Shown: positions 51,592-61,965, numbered from the stretch's first letter. The stretch is DNA of 64,000 bases from an uncultured Verrucomicrobiae bacterium (GCA_963804395.1 CAWDQK010000002.1:1169-65168); one strand, 5' to 3'. The notes: generated by a model not told the origin, from the sequence alone. Program-made: numbers and translations.

Positions 51592-53836
51592 CTAATTTGC
51601 GACGGCCCCCAGGGTCTTGTCGGAAGCTTCCGCGGAGTATTTCTGGAAAAGGCGGCGGGAAACCGCGATCGTGTCGCCTGTCGGCGCCGCCGGATAGGTT
51701 TCGTGCTGTCGTGTCCAGGCCAGGTCATTTTCGCGGATTTTCGCCCGCGTTGCCTCCACGTCGAGTGCGTTGCCACTCGCGAGTGCAGACTGCAGGGCGC
51801 CGAGCCAGAGTTGCCAGCGTTGATAGTAGAATGTGCCGACCAAACCCGACCATTGCCGGTTGGCGTAGTCGGTGATTGCATCGTCCCGATTCCAGGTGGT
51901 CACGAGCTCACGTGCGTTTCGTTCACACAGGTCCTGCTCGTCTGTGGTCGTGCCGTAGGCGCGGGCGTCGGCCAGCCAGACTCCGAGGAGAAACTCCCGG
52001 CGGGTGGCGAGCAGTTCGTCGAGATCGTGAAACAGTCCGAGCAGGCGCCCGCTCAACTCGCGCACCGCGGTGGCGTCCTTGCGGGCATACGCCTGGACAA
52101 TTGCCTTGTGATAGCGTCCGGCGAGATCGGCCAGCACCTGCCGGCTCACATCGGCCAGATCGTAACGGTAGCCGTCGCTTTCGCCGCAGGCACCCGCGGC
52201 CTCGAGCATCAGCCGCCAGGCGTTGACCAGGCGCGTCGTGTCATAGCGCGGCTCCGTCGAGCCCCAGAGTCGGGCCTTGGGGTAGGGTTCGAGGGACGGG
52301 CGCGCGCAGACCACCGAATTCAAGGGATAGTCGACCACCGCGGAACCCCAGACGGTCTCGCACAAAATCTGCAAGGCGCGCTGCGGCGCCGGCGAATCGC
52401 TGCCATAGCGCCGGCGGGCGTAGTCGCGCAACCAGCCGGCGGCATCGGGCGCCTCGCTGCGCCAGGCGTTGCCAAAGAACATATCCCAGAGCAGCGGCTG
52501 CGTCTCGCTGCCTTCCATCAGCGCTCCAATGCCGCGCATTTGACCCTTGCCCGGTCCCGCTTCGGCGAGAGCCCGGACCGGTGCCTCACGCAGGGACTCC
52601 AGCCGTCCCGACAGGCCGACGTTGCCCCCGAAATTGTGAATCGTGCACCACAGCCACGGCGTATGGCCGAATTGCCCGCGCTCGCGCCAGTTCTCCTTGC
52701 TCTCGCAGAAGAGATCGAGCACCAGGAGCCTTGATTTGTCCAAGGCGTTCGACCATCGGCTGCCGCGGATTGTCCTGCCACGACTGCAGCACCCAGGTCA
52801 CATCGGGACGCGCCCGCACCATGGCCGCAAAGATCGCCTGGCCGCAGGCCGCAAGATCGATGCCTTGCGTGGTTCCGCCTTCGTGGAAGGGATCGGCGGC
52901 CAGGAATCTCGCGCCGCCGAGAAGACTGGTCTGCGCGTCATAGACCGCCGCGGCCACCTTCGCAAACAGCGGATCGAGCGGATCGAGCATGTCCGGCCGC
53001 TTGGAGCCGGCCCAGTCGCCCTGCGGATGGATCTTCGCATCCGGGAACCGCTTCTTGAAATCGGATGGCACGATGCCGTAGTAGCCCTGCAACACCGGGT
53101 CCATGCCCAGTTCGCGCATCCGGGTGACGATTTCGCGGCCGAGGGCGAGCCGCTTCCCCACGACCGCCGGCGGCACGGGTCCGCCGTAGTCCTCGATGTT
53201 CGACATGTATTGCCACGGCTGGTGCGATGGCATGCACAGCCAGCGCCTCACTTCGGAATCGGAATAGCCGAACTGCTGGAGTGCATTGATCCAGACCTGC
53301 TCCTGTCCCTCGATGATGAGGGCAAGATTGACACCCTTAAGTGCGAGGAAATCGAGTTCCCGCTCCCACCGCGTCCAATTCCACCAAGCCATCGTGTAGC
53401 CGTGGGTGCAGTAGTTGTAAGCGTACCGATACCGATGCGGGCTCACGACGCGAATCTTCCCCGGCACCGGCGGCAGCGATTCTGGCAACGCCAGCTGGTT
53501 GCCGCAGTTCCAGGAGATCTCGCAGCGGCCGAATTCCTCCAGGTAACGATTCAGGGCCGACGCGATGGAGACGCCGTTATTGCCGCGCAGAACGATCTTC
53601 CCGCCGCGACTCTCGACCTCGAAAACATCCTGTCCCTCGGCTGGCGGAATCACCTCCACGGCGAAATCGGAAGCGTGCGCGGGAACGAGGCGTTTGATCA
53701 GGCCGGTCGCGGCCCGGCTTGTGGCGGCTGAATCGGGTGCCGGCGGGCGCCCGGCCGGCTCGGCCAAGGCGATCGACTGGCAGGCGAGGAGAATCGTCCA
53801 AAGAAGCAGCCTAGGAATGAAGTTCGTTTTGTTCAT
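51592..53836 (-). CDS. alpha-N-acetylglucosaminidase (GH89, NAGLU-like), secreted; one frame switch near 52740
   Basis: Start at MNKTNFIPRLLLWTILLACQSIALA. GH89 TIM-barrel region ALKGVNLALIIEGQEQVWINALQQFGYSD..WQYMSNIEDYGGP, C-terminal helical domain in ORF 51592-52743. Upstream part of ORF 52586-54784 belongs to the MFS insertion. Confidence 0.8.
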
Positions 53837-54045
53837 CTGGGATGGGTCCGATTCCACGGACGCGTACTTCGGCTTGGTCAGAGTGTAGGAGCCTGCTTGC
53901 GGGCGATTCAATGGATGTCCCGTTTTCGTGAGTTTGAATCGCCGGCAAACAGGCTCCGACAAAAGAGAGAAGAAAGGTGGAAGCGGTGACTTGGCGTTGG
54001 TTTGACCACGTGCCCCGGAGCTCTCTCCGGAGACCTTTTTCGAAT

Positions 54046-55862
54046 TCAGATCTTGGCCGTCCCTTTTTCGAAATGCTCCTCGATCTCCTCGAGCGTCTTG
54101 CCCTTGGTCTCCGGCAGGAAGAAGGCGGCGGTGATGAAGTAGATCACAGTGCAGCCGGCGAATGCGAAGAACATGGTTGAGTAGCCGTACTTGCCGACGG
54201 TCGGCAGAAAGATGGCCGCGATGGTCGTGGAGACGGCCTGGTTGACGAGCAGGGCGATGCTCATGCCGTTGGAGCGGATGCGCGTCGGCATCAACTCGGA
54301 GAGCGCCAGCCAGACGCAGACGCCGGGGCCAACGGCGAAGAACGCCATGAAGCTGAACAGGAAAGCGGCGGTCAGCCACCGCTGGCGGGTGCCCGGCACG
54401 CGGCGTGATCAGCGCGTGTTCGATCCGCAGGGGCGCCAGGCGAGCCTGGTCCAGGCTGGCCAGCGGATTCGAAAAGAACGCTTCAACCTTTGTGGACGGC
54501 ACGCAACCGTCGCGTGTCACTTCGATTGGCGCGGCCAGCGGGTCGTCGGAACGCGCAGCCTTCGTGGCGGCGCGGTAGTCGCCGCAGGCATAGATGACGA
54601 CGAGAGTCGCCGGCTTCCCCGTGAGCCCCGCACCGGAGTCGTTGGTGGTGGCGAGCAGTCGATCCGCGGCCGCCTGATCGAACCTGAGCGCGAGCTTCTG
54701 GTCAGCTGCGACCATGGCTTGAACGGCGGCGCGAGCGTCCACGCGGAGCCGCTCCGTTCTGGCGGAAAAGCAGACCGACCACAATCAAGGAGACGATGAT
54801 GCCTGCGCTCCCGATCGAGAGCAGAAACTTGCGGCCCCGGCGGTCGACGAGCACGACGCCGCCGATCGTGCAGAGAAAATTGACGAGCGTCAGGATGACA
54901 TAGCCCCAGTGCGCCTGGACGTCGGACAGGCCGCTCTGGAGCAGAATCGTGGCGTTGTATCCGATAATCGAGTTGACCCCGGTCGCCTGGTTGCAGGCCA
55001 GAATGACGCAGGCGAGGATGAACGGCACCACGTATTTGCGCCGCAGCAGCGATTCCCGGATCGTTCCGCCGGCCGTGGAGGTCCCGGCTTTCCCGGGAGC
55101 GTTGGCCTCCTCCATTTCACGCAGCTCGATTTCGGCCTGGGCGGCGGTGCGGGAGCGAAGCAGGGCGGCGCGGGCTGCCTCCTTCCGGCCGCGGAGGAAC
55201 AGCCAGCGCGGCGACTCCTCCACCAGCAAGCTGCCGATCACAAACAGGAGGCCGGGTGGCAGCGACACCCAGAAGATGCTGCGCCAGGCCGCGTCCTTGA
55301 ACGCGCGAAGCTTCTCCGCATCGCCGAGCTTGGTTACGTCTCCGACCCGGATACTGAAATACATGCCGATCAGCGCCGCCGCCACGATTCCGAGCGTCAG
55401 CAGCCATTGGAAAACGCCGGTGCCTTTGCCCCGGTTCGCCGCGTCGAGGCATTCGGCGAGGTACAGCGGCACGACGACACCGATCAAGCCGGCGCTGATG
55501 CCCTGCAACAGGCGGCCGAGAACCAGCGGTTCATAGCCGTGCGCGAGGGCGATGATCGGAATGCTCGCAACGAAGAGAACGCCGCTCAGAACCATGAGGG
55601 GTTTCCGGCCCATCCAGTCGGCGAGCAGGCCGGCGAACAGCGTCGAGATCACGCTGCCCAGCAGCACGGCGGCGACGATGAACGATAGTTGCCCGGCAGT
55701 CAGGTCGGACGTGGCCTCCAGATAGGGGAGGGCGCCGGCGATGATTCCGACATCCACGCCGTACAGCAGACCGCCCAGGCCGGCGACCAGCAGAAGGAAG
55801 CGGTTATAGCCGGTCTTTGCGGCTTCAGGGGCCATTTCGTCTTTCGCAGGGGGATGGTTCAT
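54046..55862 (-). CDS. MFS sugar-porter family transporter, interrupted by a ~330-bp insertion between TM9 and TM10 (nt ~54405-54740)
   Basis: N-part ORF 54702-55862 (TM1-9, GRK, PESPRWL, R-K loop motifs). C-part from 54399 down (TM10-12, PGVCVWLALSELMPTRIRSN, PETKGKTLEEIE). The two parts are in different frames and separated by ~300 nt where ~15 codons are expected. Confidence 0.7.
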
Positions 55863-55904
55863 TGGCCGGATACTTCAGGGTGACGCGCGACGTTTCATTT
55901 GGAG

Positions 55905-55934
55905 GGCGGACCGCCGTGTCCGCCGCTCAAGTCT
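55905..55934. repeat. GC-rich palindromic repeat GGCGGACCGCCGTGTCCGCC + GCTCAAGTCT
   Basis: Same module in reverse at 16252-16270 with CCGCTCAAGTCT at 16330-16341; split copy at 36371-36420. Confidence 0.6.
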
Positions 55935-56017
55935 TGGCCTCCGTCGCGCGAAAGCGGCTTGGCTGGTACTGAAATCGAGAATGCAAGCGTCGCTGCGACC
56001 GCCAATCCCACGACGAG

Positions 56018-56086
56018 CTCGGGGCCCTGAGCTCGTCGATCGGGCGAGCAGAAGGGGCGCCCACTCGCTGGGCTCGTGGCTACACC
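56018..56086. repeat. GC-rich mosaic repeat (CTCGGGGCCCTGAGCTCGTCGATCGGGCGAGCAG..CCACTCGCTGGGCTCGTGGCTACA)
   Basis: Near-duplicate of 58440-58500 (CTCGGGGCCCTGAGCTTGTCGAACGGGCAAGCAGGCTCCTACAG). Contains the family 2 arm CCACTCGCTGG. Confidence 0.65.
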
Positions 56087-56172
56087 TCGTTTGAAACCGT
56101 TCCAGGGGCTCTGCGGGATGGAGATTCGTAGGCTGTGGTTCTTCGATCAGATTCGGGCGGACGGATCGTCGT

Positions 56173-58296
56173 TCACGGGTTCGGCGGCTCGGGCGGAAAT
56201 GCGACGGCGTGGAGGTATTGCCGCCAGTCCTCCGGCGCGAGGGTGGAGCGCTTGCCCTGCTCCGCGGCGGCCGCGACGAGCAACCGGAGCGATGGGACGA
56301 TTGGGAATTCGACGGCGGCCGGTCCGGGTTCACGGGCGCAGCGAAGCCGGTCGTTGCATTGCCGCACCCAGTTGTTGTCGGGCGCCTGGCTCAAGAGGAG
56401 CACCTGGAGGGCATCCTGCCCCACGTCGGTGAGATCCGCCAGCGCCTGCGCGACGGCGGCGACTTCCCTGGCGGCCGGTTTCTCGGCGAGTTGCCGGCCG
56501 GCGGAATTCCAAATTCCGAGCTGCCGGGCGATCCCGGCGGCCAGATCGCGATCGAAGGGACCGGGCTGAAACAGGAACCGGTCCACGGAGGTGGCGAATT
56601 TCCGCGCCGGGACGCTGTCCGGCCGGGCACAGTCGGCAAGCCTGGTGAGCGGAGTGCCTTGAACGACCTCGGGCTGGAGTCCGCCGCGACGGTAGTCCTT
56701 CACGGGCTCGACAAGATCGACGAGCGCCCGGAGTTCCTGCACTTCGCCGGACGTGGCGTGTTCGCCAGCCAGGCGCCGCACCATGATCTCGTGGTGCTTC
56801 TCCTGGGTGAGGCCCGCTTCGTCCAGCCGGGCGTTGATGATTGCCAGCCGGCGATACATCTCATCCACGTCCTGGACCTCCCGGGGAGACCAAAGGCGCT
56901 CGGCAATCGCGGCGGTGCGCGGCCAGATGCGCGAATCGATCGTCTCGGGCGTCACCCATTCCGACCACATCGTCGCCTCGCCGCCCAGAATGCGCCGCTG
57001 TTCCTCGGTCGAGAGCGTTGTTGTCGCGGGCAGCGGGTCGTTGCGGTAGTGCTCCGCCGCCGGGTGGATGAGATCGATGTAGTAGCCGTTCGAGAGGATT
57101 CCGGCGTAGCCCAGGCGGGCCGCCGCATCAAGCGAATCGTGACCCCGCCAGGAATGGATGACGGCGTCCTGGGGCAGGCCGGGATGCAGGACCTCATCCC
57201 AGCCGATCAACCGCCGGCCGTGGTGTGCCAGGATCTCGGATACGCGGCGGTTGAACCAGGCATGGAGTCCGGCGTTGTCCTTCAGGCCGTGCTCGCGGAT
57301 GAACGCCTGGATCTGCGGGTTGGCGTTCCACTGCACCCCGTTGTTCTCATCGCCGCCGATATGGACGTAGGCATCCGGAAAGAGGCCCGACATTTCGCCG
57401 AGGAAATCGTCGAGCAGCCGATAGAGCGCCTCGTTTGTCGGATCCAGCACCGGGTTGAAAACTCCCCAGTGGCGTTCGATCGCGTAGGGACCGGGCAGGC
57501 TGGCCAGTTCCGGATGGGAGACAACCCAGCTGGTGGCGTGGCCGGGAATGTCAAACTCCGGCGCCACCCGGATGCCGCGGGCCTGCGCATAGGCGACGAT
57601 TTCCCGGATCTGATCCTGGGTGAAGTAATGCCCATCCGAGCCAGTGGCCGGCAACTCGGGGTGCGTCCGGCTCTCGATCCGGAATCCTTGGTCGTCGGTG
57701 AGGTGGAGGTGCAGAACGTTGAGCTTCACCAGCGCCATGCCGTCGAGGTTGCGTTCAATGACCTCGATTGGCTGCCAGTGCCGCGCCACGTCGATCATTA
57801 GGCCGCGCCAGGGGAAGCGGGGTTGGTCGCGAATGCTTGCGGCTGGCAGGAAGAAGCCACCCACGTCCCGGCGGAGCAATTGAAGCAGGGTTTCCAGCCC
57901 GCGCATGGCGCCGACCACGGTCGGGGCGCGCAACGTCGCCTGCTGGGCCGTGACATCGAGCGTGTACGATTCATCTTCTCCGATGGATGGGACGGAGAGG
58001 CCCGGCCCCTGGCAGTTGATCACCAAAGTGGCGGATGTCGCCGTGGGGATCGTGGCGCGGACCAGATTCAACCCCGTGCGGGCCTCCCAGCGGCTCAAGG
58101 CGCGGGAGATCGCGGCCTGCAGGCGCGCATCGTCGTGGCCGCACACGGCGACCGCGAATGCCCCGGTGATCGGCAGCCGGCCGGCGGCAGGGAGGACGTC
58201 CGCGGGGACCGGCATCAGGTCGAACTGCGTGGGTGCGGCGGGGTCCATTGATTGGACGAACGGGATCGTGCCACAGAACCCGATTACCAGCATCAT
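56173..58296 (-). CDS. beta-N-acetylhexosaminidase (GH20), secreted
   Basis: Start at the internal MMLVIGFCGTIPFVQS. GH20 catalytic region RGLMIDVARH, HLHLTDDQGFR, HIGGDE. The 218 upstream codons of ORF 56173-58950 cross repeats and are unsupported. Confidence 0.85.
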   Translation of the reverse strand: MMLVIGFCGTIPFVQSMDPAAPTQFDLMPVPADVLPAAGRLPITGAFAVAVCGHDDARLQAAISRALSRWEARTGLNLVRATIPTATSATLVINCQGPGLSVPSIGEDESYTLDVTAQQATLRAPTVVGAMRGLETLLQLLRRDVGGFFLPAASIRDQPRFPWRGLMIDVARHWQPIEVIERNLDGMALVKLNVLHLHLTDDQGFRIESRTHPELPATGSDGHYFTQDQIREIVAYAQARGIRVAPEFDIPGHATSWVVSHPELASLPGPYAIERHWGVFNPVLDPTNEALYRLLDDFLGEMSGLFPDAYVHIGGDENNGVQWNANPQIQAFIREHGLKDNAGLHAWFNRRVSEILAHHGRRLIGWDEVLHPGLPQDAVIHSWRGHDSLDAAARLGYAGILSNGYYIDLIHPAAEHYRNDPLPATTTLSTEEQRRILGGEATMWSEWVTPETIDSRIWPRTAAIAERLWSPREVQDVDEMYRRLAIINARLDEAGLTQEKHHEIMVRRLAGEHATSGEVQELRALVDLVEPVKDYRRGGLQPEVVQGTPLTRLADCARPDSVPARKFATSVDRFLFQPGPFDRDLAAGIARQLGIWNSAGRQLAEKPAAREVAAVAQALADLTDVGQDALQVLLLSQAPDNNWVRQCNDRLRCAREPGPAAVEFPIVPSLRLLVAAAAEQGKRSTLAPEDWRQYLHAVAFPPEPPNP

Positions 58297-58564
58297 CGCC
58301 AGCCCCAACCGGCGGGAAAAAATTTTGGTCGCATCTATGCTGACTGTAGGAGCGAGCTTCCGCCTTCGCAAATGCTTCGGCGGACAGGTGCTCGCGACCT
58401 GTCCTCCGCAGGCTCGGCGAAGGAGGATTTCGATCTGAGAATCGCCTGCCTCTCGACATGCTCGGGGCCCTGAGCTTGTCGAACGGGCAAGCAGGCTCCT
58501 ACAGCGACCAACTAACGATATCATCTCCGCGAGTGAAGGCGGCGTCAATTGGCGAACGCCGGAT

Positions 58565-60532
58565 TCAGAGTTGCGCATGGCTGAGGAATTCGTCGGGGCT
58601 GTAGCGCTTGAACGCCTCGATCGCCTCGTATTCGGCGAGTCCCAGGGCATTGTAGGCATCGGCGAGACGCCGGCTTCGATCTTCGGTCCGCTGCCAGAAT
58701 TCCCGGCGATCGTCGCCCAGGAAGAGGGCCTGATCCTTTTGCGTCTCGTGCCGGAAGATCGCGCGCCGACGGCGCAATACCTCCCCGGGGCTGAGCGGCA
58801 CGGCGAGGTCGATCTCGTCCAGTTCCCACTCGGCCCAGGCTCCGCGGTAGAACCAGAGTTCCGTCTCGCGAAACCAGGACTCAGCCGTGCTGCGGGCCAG
58901 CGCCTCGCGCAGCGCATGCACGCAGAGCCGGTGCGTGCCATGGGGATCATCGAGGTCGCCAGCGGCGAAGATCAAATGCGGCCGAATGTCGCCCAGCAAC
59001 TGGCGCATGATTTCGACGTCCTTCTCCGTCAGTTGCCGCCGTCGGACCGAGACGGTATAATAGAACGGCAGGTCAAGAAAATGCAGGCGATTCGCGGGCA
59101 CGCCGCAGACGTGGGCGGCCGCGACTGCCTCGTGACGACGGACCAGGGCCTTCCAGCGAGTCAGTTCCGCCGACGTTGGCAGGGCGCCCCCGGCTTCGTA
59201 GGCGGCACAAAGCGCCGCGACGCGGCCGGCCGATTCGGCATCGGACAGTCCCAGGTCGCGGACGAAGAGCAGCGCACTCCACAGCGACTCATCGGAGACC
59301 GCATTGGTCCCGGAGACCTGGTATGCGATGTGAACCTCGTGTCCGTGCTCGGCCAGGCGGCAGAGCGTGCCGCCCATGGAAATCGCATCGTCGTCCGGAT
59401 GCGGCGACAGCACCAGCACGCGTTTCGGAAACACGTTGGCCGCAGGCGAGCGCAGCGGGCGCACCGGCGCATCCCCTGGCTTGGTGCGCGCGGGATCGCG
59501 ACCTCCGGGCCAGCCGGTGATGGTGTGCTGCATCTGGTAGAAACCGGCCAAATTAGCCTCATAGGCCGAACCGTAGACTTGCAGCAGATCCTGGAGACCG
59601 GCCTCGTTATAGTCGTCGTCCGTCAGCTTGAGGATTGGCTTCCGGCGTTGCTGTGACAGCCAAAGAATGGCGCGGCGGGTCATGCGTTCGTCCCAGCTGA
59701 GACCCTGGTCCTCAAGCGCCCCAACCAGCCATGGGGTCCGATAACGCGTGAGCGCACTCGCGGCGGCTTGGTCGAGGACAAATTGGGCCTGATCGTGTTC
59801 CTGAAGAAACGAGGCGGTCACCTGCGGGGTGACCTCGCCTTCGATGGCAGCGCGCACGATGCCGGCCTTGTGCTGGCCCCAGGCCATGAGCACGATGCGC
59901 CGCGCTTCGAGGATGGTGCGGACGCCCATCGTGATCGCATCGCGGGGCGTATGCTCCACGCCCCCGAAATCCCCGGCGGCGTCGCGCCGGGTGAGCGGAT
60001 CCAGGGTTACGACCCGGGTGCGCGAGCGGCGGGCGCTGCCCGGCTCGTTGAAACCGATGTGCCCGGTGCGCCCGATGCCCAGGATTTGCAGGTCGATGCC
60101 GCCTGCCGCCCGGATCTTCTCCTCGTAGTCCCGGCAGCGAGCGTCAGCCGCGGCGTTGGAAACGGAACCGTCGGGCAGGTGAATCTGACCGGCCGGAATG
60201 TCGACGTGATCGAACAAATGGACCCGCATAAAGCGGTGATAACTCTGGGGATGATCGGCGGGCAGGCCGCGGTATTCGTCGAGGTTGAAGGTGACGACGT
60301 TGGCAAAACTCAAGCCTTCCTCGCGGTGCAAGCGGACCAGCTCCGCGTAGAAATTGACCGGCGTGGAGCCGGTCGCGAGCCCCAGCACCGCTCCGCGACC
60401 ATCGCGCTGGCGGGCGCGGATCAACTCCGCCGCTTCGAAGGCGACGGCGCGGGAAGCACCGAGACTGTTGGCGAAGACGGCCAGCGGGGCGTGTTCAAAG
60501 CGATTGGGCGCCAGGGTGTTTTGGGTGAGCAT
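58565..60532 (-). CDS. glucosamine-6-phosphate deaminase (NagB-like) fused to a PIG-L/LmbE-family N-acetylglucosaminyl deacetylase-like domain
   Basis: N-domain GLATGSTP, FNLDEY, GIGRTGHIGFNEPGS. C-domain SPHPDDDAISMGGT (PIG-L HPDDE-type motif) and HxxH region. Start at the internal Met MLTQNT. Confidence 0.75.
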   Translation of the reverse strand: MLTQNTLAPNRFEHAPLAVFANSLGASRAVAFEAAELIRARQRDGRGAVLGLATGSTPVNFYAELVRLHREEGLSFANVVTFNLDEYRGLPADHPQSYHRFMRVHLFDHVDIPAGQIHLPDGSVSNAAADARCRDYEEKIRAAGGIDLQILGIGRTGHIGFNEPGSARRSRTRVVTLDPLTRRDAAGDFGGVEHTPRDAITMGVRTILEARRIVLMAWGQHKAGIVRAAIEGEVTPQVTASFLQEHDQAQFVLDQAAASALTRYRTPWLVGALEDQGLSWDERMTRRAILWLSQQRRKPILKLTDDDYNEAGLQDLLQVYGSAYEANLAGFYQMQHTITGWPGGRDPARTKPGDAPVRPLRSPAANVFPKRVLVLSPHPDDDAISMGGTLCRLAEHGHEVHIAYQVSGTNAVSDESLWSALLFVRDLGLSDAESAGRVAALCAAYEAGGALPTSAELTRWKALVRRHEAVAAAHVCGVPANRLHFLDLPFYYTVSVRRRQLTEKDVEIMRQLLGDIRPHLIFAAGDLDDPHGTHRLCVHALREALARSTAESWFRETELWFYRGAWAEWELDEIDLAVPLSPGEVLRRRRAIFRHETQKDQALFLGDDRREFWQRTEDRSRRLADAYNALGLAEYEAIEAFKRYSPDEFLSHAQL

Positions 60533-60813
60533 GTCGGGAATCGTTGAATGGCCGCCGGGCGCGAGCCGGATGATAGACTTGCCGGGACGGGAGAAACGTA
60601 GCAGAAATACCGGTTGTTTGCGCCATTTCTTTCGCAACGAGAGCAGTGTCCTGATTTGCATTGTCATCGCGAGGCACACCTGGCGTGGCCGCCTGTCCTC
60701 CGTAGGCCTGGCGCAGGAGGGTGGCGATCCAGTGACATGGATTGCTTTGGCACAGTTTTCGATTGCGGCGGATCCGCGCTAGGCAGCGATGCCTGGTTCC
60801 CTCTCCATCACCG

Positions 60814-61965
60814 ATGACCACCCCGCCTGCCCCATCTTCCGGACCGAATGCGCTGGGACCCGGTCCCGCGTCACGCCTGCTGTCGCTCGACGCCCTGCGC
60901 GGATTTGACATGCTGTGGATCGTGGGAGCCGACGCCCTCGGCTCCGCGTTTGCCAATCTGCACGGGGGGTGGGGCAGTCGGTTCGCCGCCACCCAGCTCG
61001 ATCATGCGGCGTGGGCGGGATTCCATTTCGAGGATCTGATCTTCCCGTTGTTTGTGTTCATGATCGGCGTGGCGATCACGTTTTCGCTCAACCGCCTGAT
61101 CGCAACCGAAGGGCGTGCCGGGGCGCTCCGGCGGGTGTTCCGTCGCGCCGCGCTGCTGTATCTGCTGGGCCTGTTCTACTATGGCGGCCTGGCCCGGCCC
61201 GTGGTGGAAATCCGCTTGCTGGGCGTGCTGCAGCGTCTCGCGCTCTGCTATTTTTTTGCGAGCCTGCTCTTCATCTCCGTGCGGCCGCGAAACCTCGTGG
61301 CGATCTGCGCGGGATTGCTCGTCGGCTATTGGGCGCTGCTCACCTTCGTGCCGGTGCCGGGCTTCGGCGCGGGAGATTTTGCGGAAGGACACAATCTGAC
61401 AAATTGGATCGACCAGCATTTCCTTCCCTTCCGCAAATGGGACGGCGACCATGATCCCGAAGGCCTGTTGAGCACGCTGCCTGCAATTGCCTCGTGCTTG
61501 CTCGGAATCTTTTCCGGATTGCTGTTGCGCGATTCGGCGCGGACCGAGAAGCAAAAAGCGGCGCTGCTGGCCGGCGCCGGAGTGGCGCTGATCATCCTGG
61601 GTTATTCGTGGGGCTTCGAGTTTCCGGTGATCAAGAAGCTCTGGACCTCGTCGTTTGTGCTGGTGGCCGGCGGCTGGAGCATGCTCCTGCTCGCGACGTT
61701 CTACCTTGTGATCGATGGCTGGAAAGTGCGCGCCTGGGCCATGCCCTTCGTCTGGCTTGGCACCAATGCGATCACCATCTACCTCATCAGCAACATCACG
61801 GACATCGGCCAACTATCCGCGCGTTTTGCCGGCGGCGACGTCGCGGCGTGGCTCGACGCCCGCTGGGGCGGCCTGGGCGGACTCGTGCTGGCGATCGTCA
61901 GCGTCGTGATCTGCATGGCGATCTGCCGGTTCCTGTATCAGCGGAAGATCTTCCTGCGTCTCTAA
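60814..61965 (+). CDS. HGSNAT-like membrane acyltransferase (DUF1624/DUF5009 family)
   Basis: Start at MTTPPAP. LSLDALRGFDMLWIVG N-terminal motif, ~9-10 TM helices. Confidence 0.7.
   Translation: MTTPPAPSSGPNALGPGPASRLLSLDALRGFDMLWIVGADALGSAFANLHGGWGSRFAATQLDHAAWAGFHFEDLIFPLFVFMIGVAITFSLNRLIATEGRAGALRRVFRRAALLYLLGLFYYGGLARPVVEIRLLGVLQRLALCYFFASLLFISVRPRNLVAICAGLLVGYWALLTFVPVPGFGAGDFAEGHNLTNWIDQHFLPFRKWDGDHDPEGLLSTLPAIASCLLGIFSGLLLRDSARTEKQKAALLAGAGVALIILGYSWGFEFPVIKKLWTSSFVLVAGGWSMLLLATFYLVIDGWKVRAWAMPFVWLGTNAITIYLISNITDIGQLSARFAGGDVAAWLDARWGGLGGLVLAIVSVVICMAICRFLYQRKIFLRL

Noticed and set aside
54399-54784. Reading the insert as the genuine N-terminus of the GH89 gene (ORF 52586-54784)
   Set aside because: GH89 has its own Met plus signal peptide at 53836 (MNKTNFIPRLLLWTILLACQSIALA). 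The 316 codons upstream are in frame only by chance of missing stops. They cross the MFS gene body on the same strand.
58297-58950. N-terminal 218-codon extension of the GH20 ORF; analogous extensions of GH31 (18900-19022), GH2 mannosidase (16100-16246), Hsp20 (36197-36514), MIF (38720-39016), esterase (21232-21783), rlmJ (34227-34460), HTH protein (33767-33913)
   Set aside because: The extensions run through intergenic palindromic repeats. They have no signal-peptide or domain logic, whereas internal Met codons give canonical signal peptides or family N-termini.
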